From assembly GCA_044892525.1 (NCBI GenBank), contig CM097885.1, positions 2,358,001-2,422,000 on the forward strand: a stretch of DNA of 64,000 nucleotides. The letters are read 5' to 3'. Shown here piece by piece: positions 43,601 to 57,300 of the stretch; position 1 is the first letter of the stretch, and each line of letters starts with the position of its first letter. A program made the translations under genes and the position numbers. Source of the stretch: Schmidtea polychroa. Its lineage: Eukaryota. The notes below the pieces were generated by a model. It saw nothing but the letters and a program-made list of their open reading frames with translations. It was not told the DNA's origin and did no database searches.

Positions 43601-45516
43601 TAATAATTCAATGAAATAAATTGCTGATTGTCAGTGAAATCCTTTATCCATTCAATCATTGATATATTAGCATCGTTATTGAATCTTTATTGATTGGTCA
43701 ATATTGATTTGATATTCGGTAATGCCGTCATGAAATTGTAAATTATGCAAAATATTTACGTAACACAACAACTGAATGGAGAAAGTAAACAAATAAAATA
43801 AATAAACAAATTTATAACACATTTATTACATCATATTGACATCTGTCTAGCCTTTATAGCCCAAAAGCCGGTAATAAATGTATCACAATTTTGCTTGTTT
43901 CAACTAAACAATTCTATAGGTATAATTACATATTATGTTAGGAAGTTGAGTGGAGACCTTTAGCAAGGCCTTCTTTACTCATCCAATTGATGGTTTTCAA
44001 CATGTCCAAAGCTTCCTAGCCTCCCATTGGTGACCTTTTGCTACTCGTCACTACTTGGTCAAATTTTGTGGTAAATATTCACAATTTGTTTTTTCAAATT
44101 TTTTAATGAAAATTTTTATTGTTAATATTTGTTTTAATAAATTTATTTTAAATTTGTATTTTTTATTTAAATTAATTTTCCTTGTGAATAATTATTTATT
44201 TTATCAATTTATCAGTTTTGCAAATATTTTGTGAAAAACAATTTTTCCTTCAAGGTTTTGACAAGAGATTTCTATTTTAAATTTTAATTAATTATTTATC
44301 CAAAATTAATCAGCATTATTTTTTCATTTTTTAATATTATATTTGTTGCGAATGAAATTGAGATTTGAGACGATTGAAATGTTTTTTTTTAAATAAAATT
44401 AAATTTAATTTTTTTAATAATTAATCTGAACATTTGGTGAAATCTGTAGTTCCCAAAATGTGGACGCGACCTTAATTAAGGCCACAGGAAATTGTTGCAA
44501 GGTCATGGAAAATAAAAGAAGACGAAGGTTTGGAATGGAGACATTTTATTGCATTTCGCAGTTACAAATCTTTGTGATCTGAAATTTGCAGTCTTGTTAC
44601 AATTAATAGCAAAGCAAGAAATAAGCTCAATCCTATAAACTATTTCCTCAAGCCACCAATCGAATTACTGATTAAGAAACTTGATCAATATCATGAAGTC
44701 ATTAATTAAAATTTATTGATTTTTACTTGAATTTTATTGGTTTTCTTTATGTTTTTTGATTGGTGGAAATATAATTTTAAATTTGAGGTCATTGACAAAA
44801 CCTTGGAAACAACTTGGTTAAACAAACTTATTTAACCACTAGGTACATCTGTTAATAACTTATATAAAAATTATTTCTGAAATGCTTACTGTTTTCTTGT
44901 AACAAATTTAGTACAAGCCACGTTGCTTATATTGCAATTGTGCTTTTACAGTTTCAAAGTTGTTTATATCAACTTTAAAGCCATTTTGTACCTATCAATT
45001 ATATAAAATTATATGAAGAGGATTCTAATATATTGTTTGGGTGCTTGAGAGGCACACTTTGGGTAGAAAACATGATGCTGCAAGTCTTTATATTTCATTT
45101 TAAGGTCCCAAATTAAAAAGGTTGAGAACTACTGGTGGTTACAATAATGTGCTTCATGGACATGTCAGTGATAGATTTGGTCTACAGCTTTGTTATATTC
45201 ATTGTGCGAAGGGACGAAAAGAATAATCCATCCGATCTACTCCAATCTAAGAAAAGGTTTGGAAATATTTAAGTGGGTTGAAATAAAACAAACATAGGTA
45301 TAAAAGTAAAGATTTAGTGGGCATATAAAATGATTAGGAACAATTATATGTGCCATGTGCTCAAGGGAATTATGCAGAAGGGAGAAATAGTGAAAGCCAC
45401 AAGATCAATAGAAAGTGCAAATAATCGAATGAAATCAATAAAATTATTGACTGGATCAAGTGCACATTTGAAAAACAAACAATTCGATTCAAACATTGCA
45501 AAATTCAGTTAAGAAA

Positions 45517-45978
45517 ATGGCAACCATTGCGATTTCTCAAAACTTGTCTCTTCTATTCCTTGGGTTAAGCCTAATCATCGCTGGGACGGCTCTTCACGGA
45601 TGGGGAAGTTGTGGAAACATTATTATTAGTAAGGATTGCTTTATCAACAAGTCTCCTGCTGGAGAAAACTTGGTGAAAAGCTCATTAATTCTATCAATGA
45701 TCTTCCTATTCACTGGTTTGCTCATTGAATTCGTCTCAACTTGCTTTTCAAATCTGAGAGAGAATGTTTGGTACTTTCGAGTCCAACTGGGATTCAGCAT
45801 TCTGTCAACTTTGGTTCTGTTGGCTGGAGTCTTGATGGCCACTCATTTGCTAGATGACATCTATTCCTTTATGAGTGCCGTCGTTGGTTGTGGATTCGTG
45901 TTGCAAGGCTTTTTGAATTACTTTACAATGATCGCTGTAGAATCGTCACCAAAGGACAAAAAGAAGAATGAAAAGTGA
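45517..45978 (+). CDS. Single-exon four-transmembrane protein, claudin/PMP22-like (153 aa from the first ATG)
   Basis: Four hydrophobic segments, a first loop with a W-x-x-C-G...C motif (HGWGSCGNIIISKDC) and a basic C-terminal tail. Clean ORF with coding-like composition. Confidence 0.8.
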   Translation: MATIAISQNLSLLFLGLSLIIAGTALHGWGSCGNIIISKDCFINKSPAGENLVKSSLILSMIFLFTGLLIEFVSTCFSNLRENVWYFRVQLGFSILSTLVLLAGVLMATHLLDDIYSFMSAVVGCGFVLQGFLNYFTMIAVESSPKDKKKNEK

Positions 45979-47232
45979 AATTCTTGGATTTTTAATTGAT
46001 GAAAAATAATCAGAGGACATCGATAGAATTAGGGGGGGGAGATATTGAATAAATTGCTTGATATTATTTCTCGGCTTGGAATATTGTCAATATAAATTTT
46101 TCTAATTATTATTTGCAAAAATAATATTTATAATAATAAATTTTCAATGCCAATTCCAATATCATTGGAGCTCTTTCTGTGGGAAATTTTTGAGCTTGGG
46201 AATTTTTCATTTTTTTTGCCAGTCTCAAATTTCCTAATAATTTTCCTAGATTTTAACCGATTTAGAAAGATTCCATAATAATTTCATATGTTGAAACGGA
46301 TGGTTGAACTCTTAGCTGCACAAGGCCAGGATCTTGGATCTTTCCATTGGGAATGAACGGCTAATGGATTTTCAAGGGACAAAAATGTCACCTTCAGGTA
46401 CATGAATCCTATCGAAGTTTTTTTTAATATTTTTCTGAAGAAGTTGAAATAAGCCATCAAATAGTATTAATTAAAACAAAATAATAAATTTTAAAAAGTG
46501 AAACAAAAATAAAAATATGACTCATTAATCCAGATCATTCATCACACACACACACACACAAGGAGGCTGGGTTCAACTTGTATGAAGCATGTTAAAGTGC
46601 CATGGAATAGGTGCAAACTTCCCTTGGTCATTATGGTAAATAAAAAAAATTACATCATACAATAATTTAGTGTGACCTTGACATTTAATAGTGTTTTATT
46701 TTTATTGAAAAAAATCAATCTCTAATCAAAATTTATATTAAATATTTATTATGATAACTATGAAAAAAATTAAAATTAATAACTTCGAAAATTTATTAAT
46801 TATATAATTGTGATGTCGATATCTGAATCCCATCTGAAGGTGATGCTGCGATGCCCGTGCTGGATAAAAAGTTTCTTCTGCTTTGATAGTACAAATTTTA
46901 TTGACGAGCTTCATTTCTTCTTATATTCTTGTTTCTCTTTATTTCAAACGTGCGTATTTTTCTATTCTGATTATTTAAACAAGTCGTTTGTTTTCTATAT
47001 ATTATAATATCTATATAAATAAATATGCAAATAAATATAAAGTGGAGGCACTACATTTATTAATAATTAAAATATAAAATTAGCATAATTAAATTAAAAT
47101 AAAACACTTAATTTTCATGGTTATGCCAATAGATGAAAACTTTAACAACAAAATTAATTATTCATTATTAATACATTATTTAATATTTTTAAATCTTTTA
47201 TAGGAGATGATATTATATATTATATTTATGAT

Positions 47233-48790
47233 CAGTGCGGTAACTAGGCATGTGCAACAGGTGCACCAGCACAGGGACCAGAGATCGAGGGGGCCCTAAA
47301 ACTGAATTGTTAATTGAATTAATTATACAATTTTATTTTACAAAAATTGTATTCGAGATGTTAAAAGACAATTTGTATTCTCAATAAGACACAGAATAAT
47401 TTTATTAAGTGACAATAATATTTAAATATTTAACAATAATTTGTGTGTCTTTTTAATTAACTCTAAAATTTATGCAACTCGCATGAATCTGAATCAACGG
47501 TTATCTTTTTATATCAAACCAAAGTATTTTTAAAAACAGAGGTAAACTTTAATAAATAATAAAGTAATTTAAGTAATAAATAATTTATTTTTACATTTCC
47601 ATAGCTCAATAATGTCAAAACCATTTTCAGGTGCTCAAAAAATAAAATTAAGAATCATTAACTTGAATAAAGTAAATCAATGTCGCAAAAACTTGTAGAA
47701 TGGCTGTGAAAAGATACACCAGAAGTCGGAGAAGGGTCTTCTAATAAAGTCAGTTCTGGTTTACAAGGTGATGTTGCTGTACAACAATTGAACTCGGACT
47801 ATATTAGTAGTGATAATATTACTTCAGATCAGAGTACAATGACTACACAAGTTAATGAGAATAAAATTAATGTGTCATCTTTTACTATAAATTACAATGA
47901 TCCTCATTCTTGGCCAGTTATTGCAAATAAATTAATAAATTACCTTGTCAAACATGGTGTGGAGCAAGGTGACGAATCACCTTTAATAATCTTGGATCAG
48001 TTAATCTAGGGCGTAAATTTACAAGACTGGTTTTATGTGAAACATATTAACGGGGAAACTATTAAAAGAAAATGGTTGTTATATTCAACGAACCAAAATG
48101 CTATGTTTTGTTTTCCATGTATACTTTTTGGATATAAATCACATACAATTTCTGATCCACACAAAGGATTCCATGACTGGAAACATCTACATCCTGTGAT
48201 TCCTCAGCACGAAAATTCTTCTGAGCCCAGGAATAATTATGTAAAATGGAAAGTAATGGGCAAAAATTAATATCAGTCAGCACAGTCGATGATTATTTAC
48301 TCAATTCCATTAATAGAGAAGCCACGGTAGATTGAAGAGAGCTGTTTTGATTTTATTGAATCACTTGAGAGGACCGGAGAAAGTTTAGCTATGGAAATTT
48401 TAAATAAACCAGCAGATGATAAATTAGATATTCATGATGCTAGAGGACAAGGATATGACAATGATGCTAATATGTCTGGTAAATACAAAGGTGTAAGAGA
48501 ACGTATTTTTGAAATCAATAATTTGGCGATATTTGTACTTTGTACGGTTCACAACCTTAATTTAGCTGGTGTCCAATGGACCGTGTCCATGCTGCATCTA
48601 CAACACCAGAAATTATAACTTTTTTTGGTACTGTGCAAAGAATATTTAACTTTTTCTCGTCATCAACAACACAATGAGAAATTTTAATGAAATATTTAAA
48701 ATGAAATCTAAAAAATTCGTCATATACAAGATGGTCATTCAAAGCCAATGCAATCAAATCGTTAAGTTTGCATTGATCGAACAAATACAG
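47233..48790 (+). mobile_element. hAT (ZMYM1-like/Tip100-type) transposon remnant
   Basis: The 5' end reads cagtgcggtaactagg...gggggccc. TTF-type zinc finger 'KRKWLLYSTNQNAMFCFPCILF...GFHDWKH', then 'RGQGYDNDANMSGKYKGV...CTVHNLNLAG' and 'TRWS'. Internal deletions and stops. Confidence 0.9.
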
Positions 48791-49587
48791 CATTACAACG
48801 AAGAGATATATCGATAGACCATGAAGATAAAATATTCTAAGTTTTAATTAGAAATTTGGTTAAATTTTAAAAATCTTTTTTGAATAACAAAAAAAGAAAA
48901 GATAAGTTTTGAGTGCCTAATTTATGGAGTTATCTAGTAATTTACAAACCGACGTTAATGTTTTAACGGATGAAAATCCTAATAATGGTTATCGTAAATT
49001 ATGATATTGCATCAAAGGTCAAAGATCAAATGGCCAATCAATTTTATTGTGTGTTGCGTAATCCAATACAATTAGTTAGTGATCGTGCAAACTCTAATTT
49101 TTCGAAAGTTAAATAATTAAGTTATTTGAATAATAAAACTTAAAATGGATTTAAACGTTCTAAATTATAAAAATTTATTTAAAATCGCAATGGAAATAAA
49201 TAAAATTTATTAAAAAAATTAAAGATCAAAATGAACAAAAATAAATAATTTTAATAACCTATTATAAGAAAGCGCCACTGAAACATTCGCTTTATGATAT
49301 ATTTTGACAGTCTTCTTGCCATTATCAGGTAGGATATAATAACTATAGAAATTATAGATATTTTCAATAAACAAAATTTTTTTTTATTTAATAAAAATTA
49401 TTTTTTAAAATTGTAAAAATTATAATTTAAATAAATAAATTGTTGCCTTGTAAATTTAATTATTCATTAAATGATAATGGTAATTTATTTTTATTTTAAA
49501 GCATATTTTTGCAATTCATTTCGATATATCGGTTGTCATCATAATACACTAAACAACTTCAATAAAACGATTATAAATATCTGTTTA

Positions 49588-50517
49588 CACCTAAATCCAG
49601 AATATAAAAGTTTCTATAATCTAAAAAAAATCGATAAAATTATACTATAGCAACACACAAACTTACCTATGTGCAAAAATTTAATGTTCAGAATGTTAAA
49701 AGTTTTATTATAGGAATTGAGTAAGTGACAGAAAAATAATTTTACATACAAACACAGCAGCACACATAATATAAAATACACGTAAATTTAATATAGCTTT
49801 TTTTATTCCGAAAGTAGAAAGTCATTAACATATTGTTAACATATCATTATTTTTAATATATTAAAATTCATGGCAGAAAAAATTTTGGATTTTCAATCGG
49901 ACAACTCTACTTTGAGTTTTCGATAAAAGGACGACAAAACATCGTAAAATCTATTTATAAAATATTTTTGAAGTTATTATTTCTTAAGATTTTTCTGGAA
50001 AAAAATTCGAAAATCGTAAATTTTTATAACTTGTATAAAAAATAATAATTTCATAGAATTACATAAAATGACAAAATTCAATGAGCTGTAGAAAGAATAT
50101 TACAAAAACTTAAAAGACTACTCCGCTTCTTTCTTAAATGTCTTAAAAAAAAAAATGTTTTTGGTGATTTCTTTATTTATTTATAGTTAAAAATATTAAT
50201 CTAACTTACATTTTATCGAAATAATTCCAAATAAATTCATAGTCATAAAAATCCTATAAAAATCCTGAAAATTAATTAAAAATTATTTATAATCAAAATT
50301 TTGACTACAAGTAACATTTAAAAGCTTGAATAGTGATCTCATAATTTAAAAAAAATCAAAATTCAAACCTTAAAAGTTACTTAAATTAAAAAACTTACTT
50401 GTAAAATTGAATAAATGAAATGAAGTAAATAACTTCACATTCTCATAGATGGTGAGTCATCAACTGATGAACACACCAGCGTGTATTATAGAGACTTTTA
50501 ACATCTGGAATTAGGTG
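49588..50517. mobile_element. Non-autonomous TIR DNA element (930 bp, CACC...GGTG ends, TA flanks), copy 2
   Basis: TIRs cacctaaatccagaatataaaagtttctataa / ttatagagacttttaacatctggaattaggtg, with TA on both sides. Segment 50200-50400 aligns by eye with 8525-8730. Confidence 0.8.
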
Positions 50518-52146
50518 TATTAATAAATGCATAAAATTACCTAAAATGCATTACCTTAAAGTGTTTTTGAGTGTTTAATTAATGTTATTAGGATTACTAA
50601 ATTTTATTGAATACCGCACATATAATTACGTAATTACTAATAAATCTATAAGTGTAATCCTTTTTTTTGAAGTTGTTTAATTGGGTGATGATGACAGTCA
50701 AACTGCCAAAATATATTGGAAAAATTTATTTAAAAAAATGGAGATCTCTTATTTATAATTTCAATAACCATTTCATTAGTTAATAATCCATTTGATTGTT
50801 TTGGGTAGGAAATATATTTAATAGGATATGAATCTTTATTTGAGGCATTTGTTCTCAAACTGAGGGTAATAGAGATCATTTTTAAGAAATTTGTAGTTTC
50901 CATAATGTGATTTACCGAGAAATACTCTTTCTCTTCTCCACGAGCAGGTCATGATGATCTAACACACATTCTAATTTCTGGGATTTCTTTTCTAACCGCA
51001 ATTTAGAAAAAAATAAAATTAAAAATAAATAAATGTAAATTCCGAATGAAATTTCGATAGTGCCTGCTTGAAAATTCTGGGAAACAGAATTCTGTATTGA
51101 GGATCCGACCTCCCTGCTGTCAATAGCTGTAGTCAGCGGCACGTTGTAACCACCTGATTATTTACCATTTTGCTAATTATCCCTGGCGGCTATTACATGA
51201 AATATGGCTTAGGGCTGATTTCTCCACATGTTAGGCTGACTACGAAATCTGTTTCATTGAACATAGGGAAAATCCAATGGATTTCCATTATTACTTTCAG
51301 TTGAAACTTGTCAGAAATTTGTGATATTTATTTTATATTTAAGTGCCAGTCTGATTAGGTGGGGAGAGAGGAAGACGGGGTTTAAATTAATAATAAATGT
51401 ACAACATGAAATTAAAATACAGTCCAATTAGTTTATTATCGTGCCAAACTAAATTTCATTTCACAGCACTTAAAGCGCTTACCTAAATTGGAATCAAATA
51501 GCACAAAAATATGAACAGGGCTCGATGTATGCACACATGCACATTGCTGGAATACAGGCTGTAAATAAATATACTCAATATTTCATGTGGCCCAGCAAAA
51601 TTTAAATTTGAGGCCAATTTTGCATAGAATGTAGATTTATGCTATATAAAAGTAGACACAATTAACTCTGATTTATCATCACAAAATATGACAACAACGA
51701 AGATTTCAAATCTTATTGCGACCCAGATAACGTCATGTTTTTGTGATTAATAGGTAGGCTGCATTTTGCAAAATTAATTAATTAATTTAAATCATTTCCA
51801 TCAACATTCAGCTTATAAAGCATTCCGGCATTTTTCTTATTTAATAAAATTGAAAATATAAAATTAAGTATTTTTGTTTTAATTTGAGTAAATAAATTAA
51901 AATTGGTTAGCAAACATATGAAAAAGGCGGTGATGAAAATTTGGGTTAAATATAAATATTGATTGATAATAAAGGAAAATAATGATAATTAATGAATATT
52001 GTTATTTATAAATAACGTTTAACCATTATGTGGCTTACACCATTTTCAAATGCAAATTTTGCTAAGACAAACATGTGTATACAGCATTTCCATATTCAAT
52101 CTGTTATAAGCAGACAAATAGATTTACACATACTTCTTAGTGATAT

Positions 52147-53124
52147 TGTTGGGTTATTGAGTTGGTGATAAAATTTAATGTTACTCTGACTCCAAGCGTG
52201 TCTTTATATAATTCGCAAGTAACACATGACAACAGAAATCTTTATTGATAATCACAAATAAACTTTCACTTGACACTGACAATAAGTTCAACACTCTTCT
52301 TGGTGACTATACAATGCTTATTACAACACTCGGTGAGGAATAGCACTTATGTATAACACCGGATTAAAAGATTACTGATTGGTTTCTAAACTGGGATTTT
52401 GAGCTGGTTGTTTTCTTTGACTTTCGTTCAAACTTTCTTCAAATAATCAATAACTTCTTTTCGTTTTATTATTCAACTAATTCATTTCTTCAACTCTTCT
52501 CCAAAAATTATTTTCTACAATTATTTCCTTTACAATTATTTTAACAATCGTTTGTCCAACAACGTTTCGTCCAACGTCTAATTTTCTCCAATAATTCTAT
52601 TTCTCAAATCGTTTCTCAAATTGTCTCTAATTTTCCATCTAAATTTGTCGTCTCTTTGTGTTCTAATTTCATGTTCACCAGTTTTCCCTTATATAGTTCG
52701 CTTCTCTTGTGGCACTCCAGATAATCGAGTGTTTTTCCACTTTCCTTCTCCTGCTTTCTCCGACTGTCCCATTTTTATCTCTAACAGCTGTCAAGTTGTT
52801 TTTCCCTTTTTCCTTTCTTGTTTGGCCGCCTTCTCCAATCAATTCTATTATCACTCGCAAGTTGTCGAGATAAGGATATTGTTGTTTTCCTTTTTCCCCG
52901 ATCTCAAAATTCCTTTTCCTTTTTGTACTAATTAATTAGTACTGATCTTGATTTTTATTTTCCTGTCTGATAACTTTTATTTCCTTTATTTTTCTCATTT
53001 TGGATTTCTTTTTATTTCCGTTTCCTTTTCTGAGTCTCTATAGATCGTCCCGCTTGTCATGGAAATCTTCCCCCAGGTAATTTTATTTATTTCTTTATAA
53101 ATTATTATTTAGGTATCCTCAACA
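52147..53124 (-). mobile_element. Solo LTR (978 bp)
   Basis: TGTTG...CAACA termini with ATAT on both sides (52143-52146, 53125-53128). Reading the minus strand there is an A-rich tract, then CCAAT (~52378-52382), then AATAAA (~52241-52246). Confidence 0.8.
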
Positions 53125-53660
53125 ATATGTAGTGAGAACCCAGAGACAAATTTAAAATACATCGACATTATTCAAAGTCTCAAATATGTACGTAATTTTA
53201 ATTTAAATGTGCATTGATGTATTTTTTATTTAACCATTAAATATGTCACGTGATTATGAAATACACATTATCTGCTTATATGAGATTCAATTTGGAAATG
53301 ATGTATGTATTTATTAGTGTCATTGCAATTAGAACTGTGAAGACTGATATTAAAAAAGGGGCCTTCGCACACCCAAAACAATTATAAATGAGCACACAAT
53401 TTTCACCGTCTAACAAATTTCTATAAACCCACAAAAATGTCACGTGAGTGTGAAATTATTCTGCTTTTAGAAATTGCATTGAATACCACATTACAAACTA
53501 TTTTAATCAGTAAGTCATCCAAAAACAAAAATTATTTGAGTTTTATTAAATTTTTTCCCACCATCGGAAATTATTACTAACTTTAATTTTGTTTTCACTT
53601 ATTTGGCCACTCACAAATGATAATAGATGCTCAAATGGCTAGTTTGTAAGATATTAATTA

Positions 53661-53782
<122 letters not shown>

Positions 53783-54394
53783 ATAAGGATGGTACAATAA
53801 ATGCGATATCCAATGCGGCTTTATGTCGAAGCGGTCAGATTCTGAAGTCTGGTTATGACGTCACGGAATATAGTTCCAGGGGGAATTGAATTCTTTACAT
53901 GGTACTGATGAAGGCCAAATAAACTCCAAATCAATTAAATTAACAGTTGAACATTATTTAAATTACATATTGTTTATTAATTGGCGTACAATATTTCTTT
54001 TGTCCCACGCAGTTTTTGTCCAATGTGTCGTAATTATATATTGATGGGCATTTGGGCATTTCTACCCAAGGTCACACAGAGTTGTAGACAATTTATTAAA
54101 TCTTTTTATTAAATAAAACTAAACAAGCCTATTCCTATTACCTTGGATAAGTTTATTCTAATTATATTTCCCTCATTATAAATCCCAACTAAACGGTGGC
54201 AAGACCCTTTATGGAATCCGACTGTTTTGTCACCACAGGACAGGTTCAGTGAGAAAAAATTAAACAACAAATGTAAATTGAAGGAAGTCAAAGGAGAACA
54301 AAAATAAAAATGAAATTCTTGGACAGATTGTAGTGACATTCTAAAGATAAAAAGATAACATACCAAAGATAAATGAAAACAACCAAAAAAGATT

Positions 54395-56095
54395 TTACAC
54401 ATTTGACTGATGGAAATCTGATTTCTCCTCTGTAGTTCTGGGTAAAAGGGATTCTGAAGTTAATTCGTGATTGGTCTCTAACCGCTTTCTAAAGATTTTG
54501 ACACGGTCTTCCTTTTGCTTAATTGCGAAATACGTTTCGAGCAAATCAGAAAACAGGTCAAACACCTCAAACACTGTAATAAGACTCGCTCCTAACCAAA
54601 GGCCCACAGAACCGCCAATATCACCCATTAGTCGACTCAAAGGATAACCTTCTGTTTCTTCTATCATATCCATAAAAAAGGATGTCGGGACAATTTTTAC
54701 CATCATGAAATTTCTCTCTACGAATTCTAGGTCCATCAGATCATATCTTCCATTTTTGAAGGCAACCGAAATGTTTGTGATTGTCGAGTTTGCGTTCTGG
54801 ATCTTGTCCCATTTCAGCGCTTTAAACTTCAAATCTGAAAACCCATAGAATTCCGTTTCACGGGTTTCAATTTCTACCAAATGTTTCATCCATTGAACGT
54901 TAGTTTTCCTGTCGACCAACGCGGGGAAGTGGCTCTGAGAAATCACAGTCTCGTACGTAGTATGCTCACAGTCATCGAGATAGCAATAATCAAGGCTACC
55001 ATTATTCAGATCATCAAATGCGGTGTCCAAGCATGAAAAGTTCAGCCGAGGTGGAATAGTTTGATCTATACAAAATGGAAGGTTATAATAGTGGGATAAC
55101 ACTTGCATTTCTTGCCACTGGCAATGGCAGTGCTTGGCTACGGCTTCCTGGACGTTTTGATAAACGCAATCACTATACTTTCCGTAAACCGAGATATTCT
55201 GATTTAAGAATACATCATAATAAAAGAATTTATTCTTTACTGTCCGGCATTTCTTCCCGATATTCAGATGCTGCTTGTTGATGATCTTCAGATTGACTTG
55301 GCTATACTCGTCAAGTATATAGCTCTCTTGGAGTTTGGGCCACGTATTTCTGTCGTGAATCATCAACAGAATTCCGCTTGGCATCATGATATTCTCAAAG
55401 GGGTCCCCAAAGTTGGCAATTGGAATGTCGACAGCTTTGTATATAATGAAATCCAATTCTTTGTTTCCGTACTGGTACTTGTTGCCAGCGCTGGTTTCAA
55501 ACCGAGAATAATTAAATGTATAGCACGCTCCATAAGCAAACAAATGCCTCAAAATTAAATCCTGGAAACTGCACTGCAAGTCTTGATACCGACAGTCGAC
55601 CAAAACAGACCACTGAGGATGGGTATAGGTATTATTCCGAGTCATGTAGAGGAAATCTGCGAACTTTATCTTCACAGTTAAGAAGTTTGACGGGTACTTT
55701 TTAAATTGAATATATTTTTTATATTGGGTCATGATGAAGCGCCGGTAAGGAGAATTGGAAGGCGGGAAGTAAATAGGATTCGTAAAACAGAACGAAACGT
55801 CGGGATAAACGAATGCCGTGTGATCCTGTAGAACATTGGTCAACACTGGCCGTTCAAGGAATTTATCAATGAGATAATAATTGTTGATAACCATCCCAAT
55901 AGAAGCGGTTAAACAGATAAAGATCCAGAAATATCTCTGTTGTACTGATTTGGGGAATGCCAGTTGGTTCAGTCCGTGAATCGTACTCCTCTGGCAGAAA
56001 TTCAAGGTGATATTGATATACTTTTGAGTTCTCCATGACTTTCCTAGGAAGCTGGACTTCGAATGATTATTTGGCGCGCATTCAGAGGAATGCAT
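54395..56095 (-). CDS. DEG/ENaC (ASIC/FaNaC-like) amiloride-sensitive sodium channel, intronless, 566 aa
   Basis: Contains pre-TM1 'STIHGL', TM1 (YFWIFICLTASIGMVIN), 'YPDVSFC', 'YGACYTFN', a Cys-rich thumb, and TM2 'LMGDIGGSVGLWLGASLITVFE' with the GAS filter. Confidence 0.96.
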   Translation of the reverse strand: MHSSECAPNNHSKSSFLGKSWRTQKYINITLNFCQRSTIHGLNQLAFPKSVQQRYFWIFICLTASIGMVINNYYLIDKFLERPVLTNVLQDHTAFVYPDVSFCFTNPIYFPPSNSPYRRFIMTQYKKYIQFKKYPSNFLTVKIKFADFLYMTRNNTYTHPQWSVLVDCRYQDLQCSFQDLILRHLFAYGACYTFNYSRFETSAGNKYQYGNKELDFIIYKAVDIPIANFGDPFENIMMPSGILLMIHDRNTWPKLQESYILDEYSQVNLKIINKQHLNIGKKCRTVKNKFFYYDVFLNQNISVYGKYSDCVYQNVQEAVAKHCHCQWQEMQVLSHYYNLPFCIDQTIPPRLNFSCLDTAFDDLNNGSLDYCYLDDCEHTTYETVISQSHFPALVDRKTNVQWMKHLVEIETRETEFYGFSDLKFKALKWDKIQNANSTITNISVAFKNGRYDLMDLEFVERNFMMVKIVPTSFFMDMIEETEGYPLSRLMGDIGGSVGLWLGASLITVFEVFDLFSDLLETYFAIKQKEDRVKIFRKRLETNHELTSESLLPRTTEEKSDFHQSNV

Positions 56096-56899
56096 TTTTC
56101 AAAATGAAATATCAAGTCATGTAAAATGGGATAAAATATAAACCAATCACCGATAAGCATTTCTCCACCAATCATATTCATTCGTTTTAGATTATTGTTT
56201 AAAACAATAAAATTAATTATATTTATATACAAATCTTTGAGCAAAACATTATCAGATATAATTTATATCAAAGAGTTAACTTGTTATATTTTGTGGATGA
56301 GGAGAAAGGGGAGGGAGGGGAGGGAGGGGAGGGATGGGAGGGAGGGATGGGAGGGAGGGATGGCGGAGGCTGTCGATTACAAATAAGCAAAATCATTTAA
56401 ACCGAATTATTTTAAATGTTTGAGAAATAATATAGAAATCAGAATAAAGAAGAATAACAAAGATAATTTCTGACGAGTCTCGCGCCTTTATCAGCTGTCA
56501 TGAATAATCCGCGAGTTGCCGCATCAGAATGAATGTTTCAATAAATTCCTTCGCCGCAATCTCAAAATGAAAATAAAAAAATTATCATAATTAAATTTTT
56601 CAATGGAAAATCATCAGGGAATGAAAATGATTTAATAACTATCTCTCCTTTGACACATTCTAGCCAATTTCTGACAAATATCAACTCATTCTAGATCTCG
56701 GGTGGAAATCCGTTGAGAGACAATTTCCCATTCCGTTGACATGTCGGGCCCAATTCAAGGGAATCCCAATCTTTCGCTTTGGTTGGGCGCTTTAGAAATT
56801 CAGCTCCATGCCGGCAAAATAAGTCCATTGAGACTGTAAATGTCAATTGCTAAATATTATTTCAATAGTTTTCATTTTGAATTATTTATCATGGCATCT

Positions 56900-57300
56900 T
56901 TCCCATAACCCCCTTCATTATCTTGCTATACGAACTGTCCATCAGGAATGCCACTCATCAAAATCCTTTTCTTCAAATGTTAGTATTATGCTTAGGGCCC
57001 CCTGGTGCACTTTTGACTTACCCCTTCATACTACTGATTACAAGTTATCATCTACACAAATGTTGTTCAAATATATTTTTGAAAGAAATTGGTTAATTAT
57101 TTTATTTAATTATTTATATTTAATTATTTCATTAATTCACTAATTCTTAATTACTTTAATTTATTATCGCTGTAAATATTAATTTTTTTCAAATTGTTAT
57201 TTTATTTATTTTTTGGTTTGACCTTGTACTTGATAAAGGCTGTGCTGAAATATTGTTTATCTTATATATTGTTTTGATCTGTTTGTCTTACAATCATTAA
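56900..57300 (+). mobile_element. Possible Penelope-like element 3' remnant (GIY-YIG tail plus terminal motif)
   Basis: 'AIRTVHQECHSSKSFSSNVSIMLR...' weakly resembles a PLE endonuclease C-terminus. It is followed by a T-rich tail and cttgataaaggc-tgt-gctgaaata at ~57229-57252. Confidence 0.35.

Noticed and set aside
45110..45135. aaaaggttgagaactactg resembling a hAT-Charlie right end
   Set aside because: No matching left TIR or 8-bp TSD was located.
50912..51160. Possible minus-strand exons of an unseen gene
   Set aside because: Some splice-like signals and higher GC are present, but there is no recognisable protein and no consistent donor/acceptor phase.
53900..53930. ctgatga as a hammerhead core (also at 50464)
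   Set aside because: No closing stem II followed by GAAA could be found.
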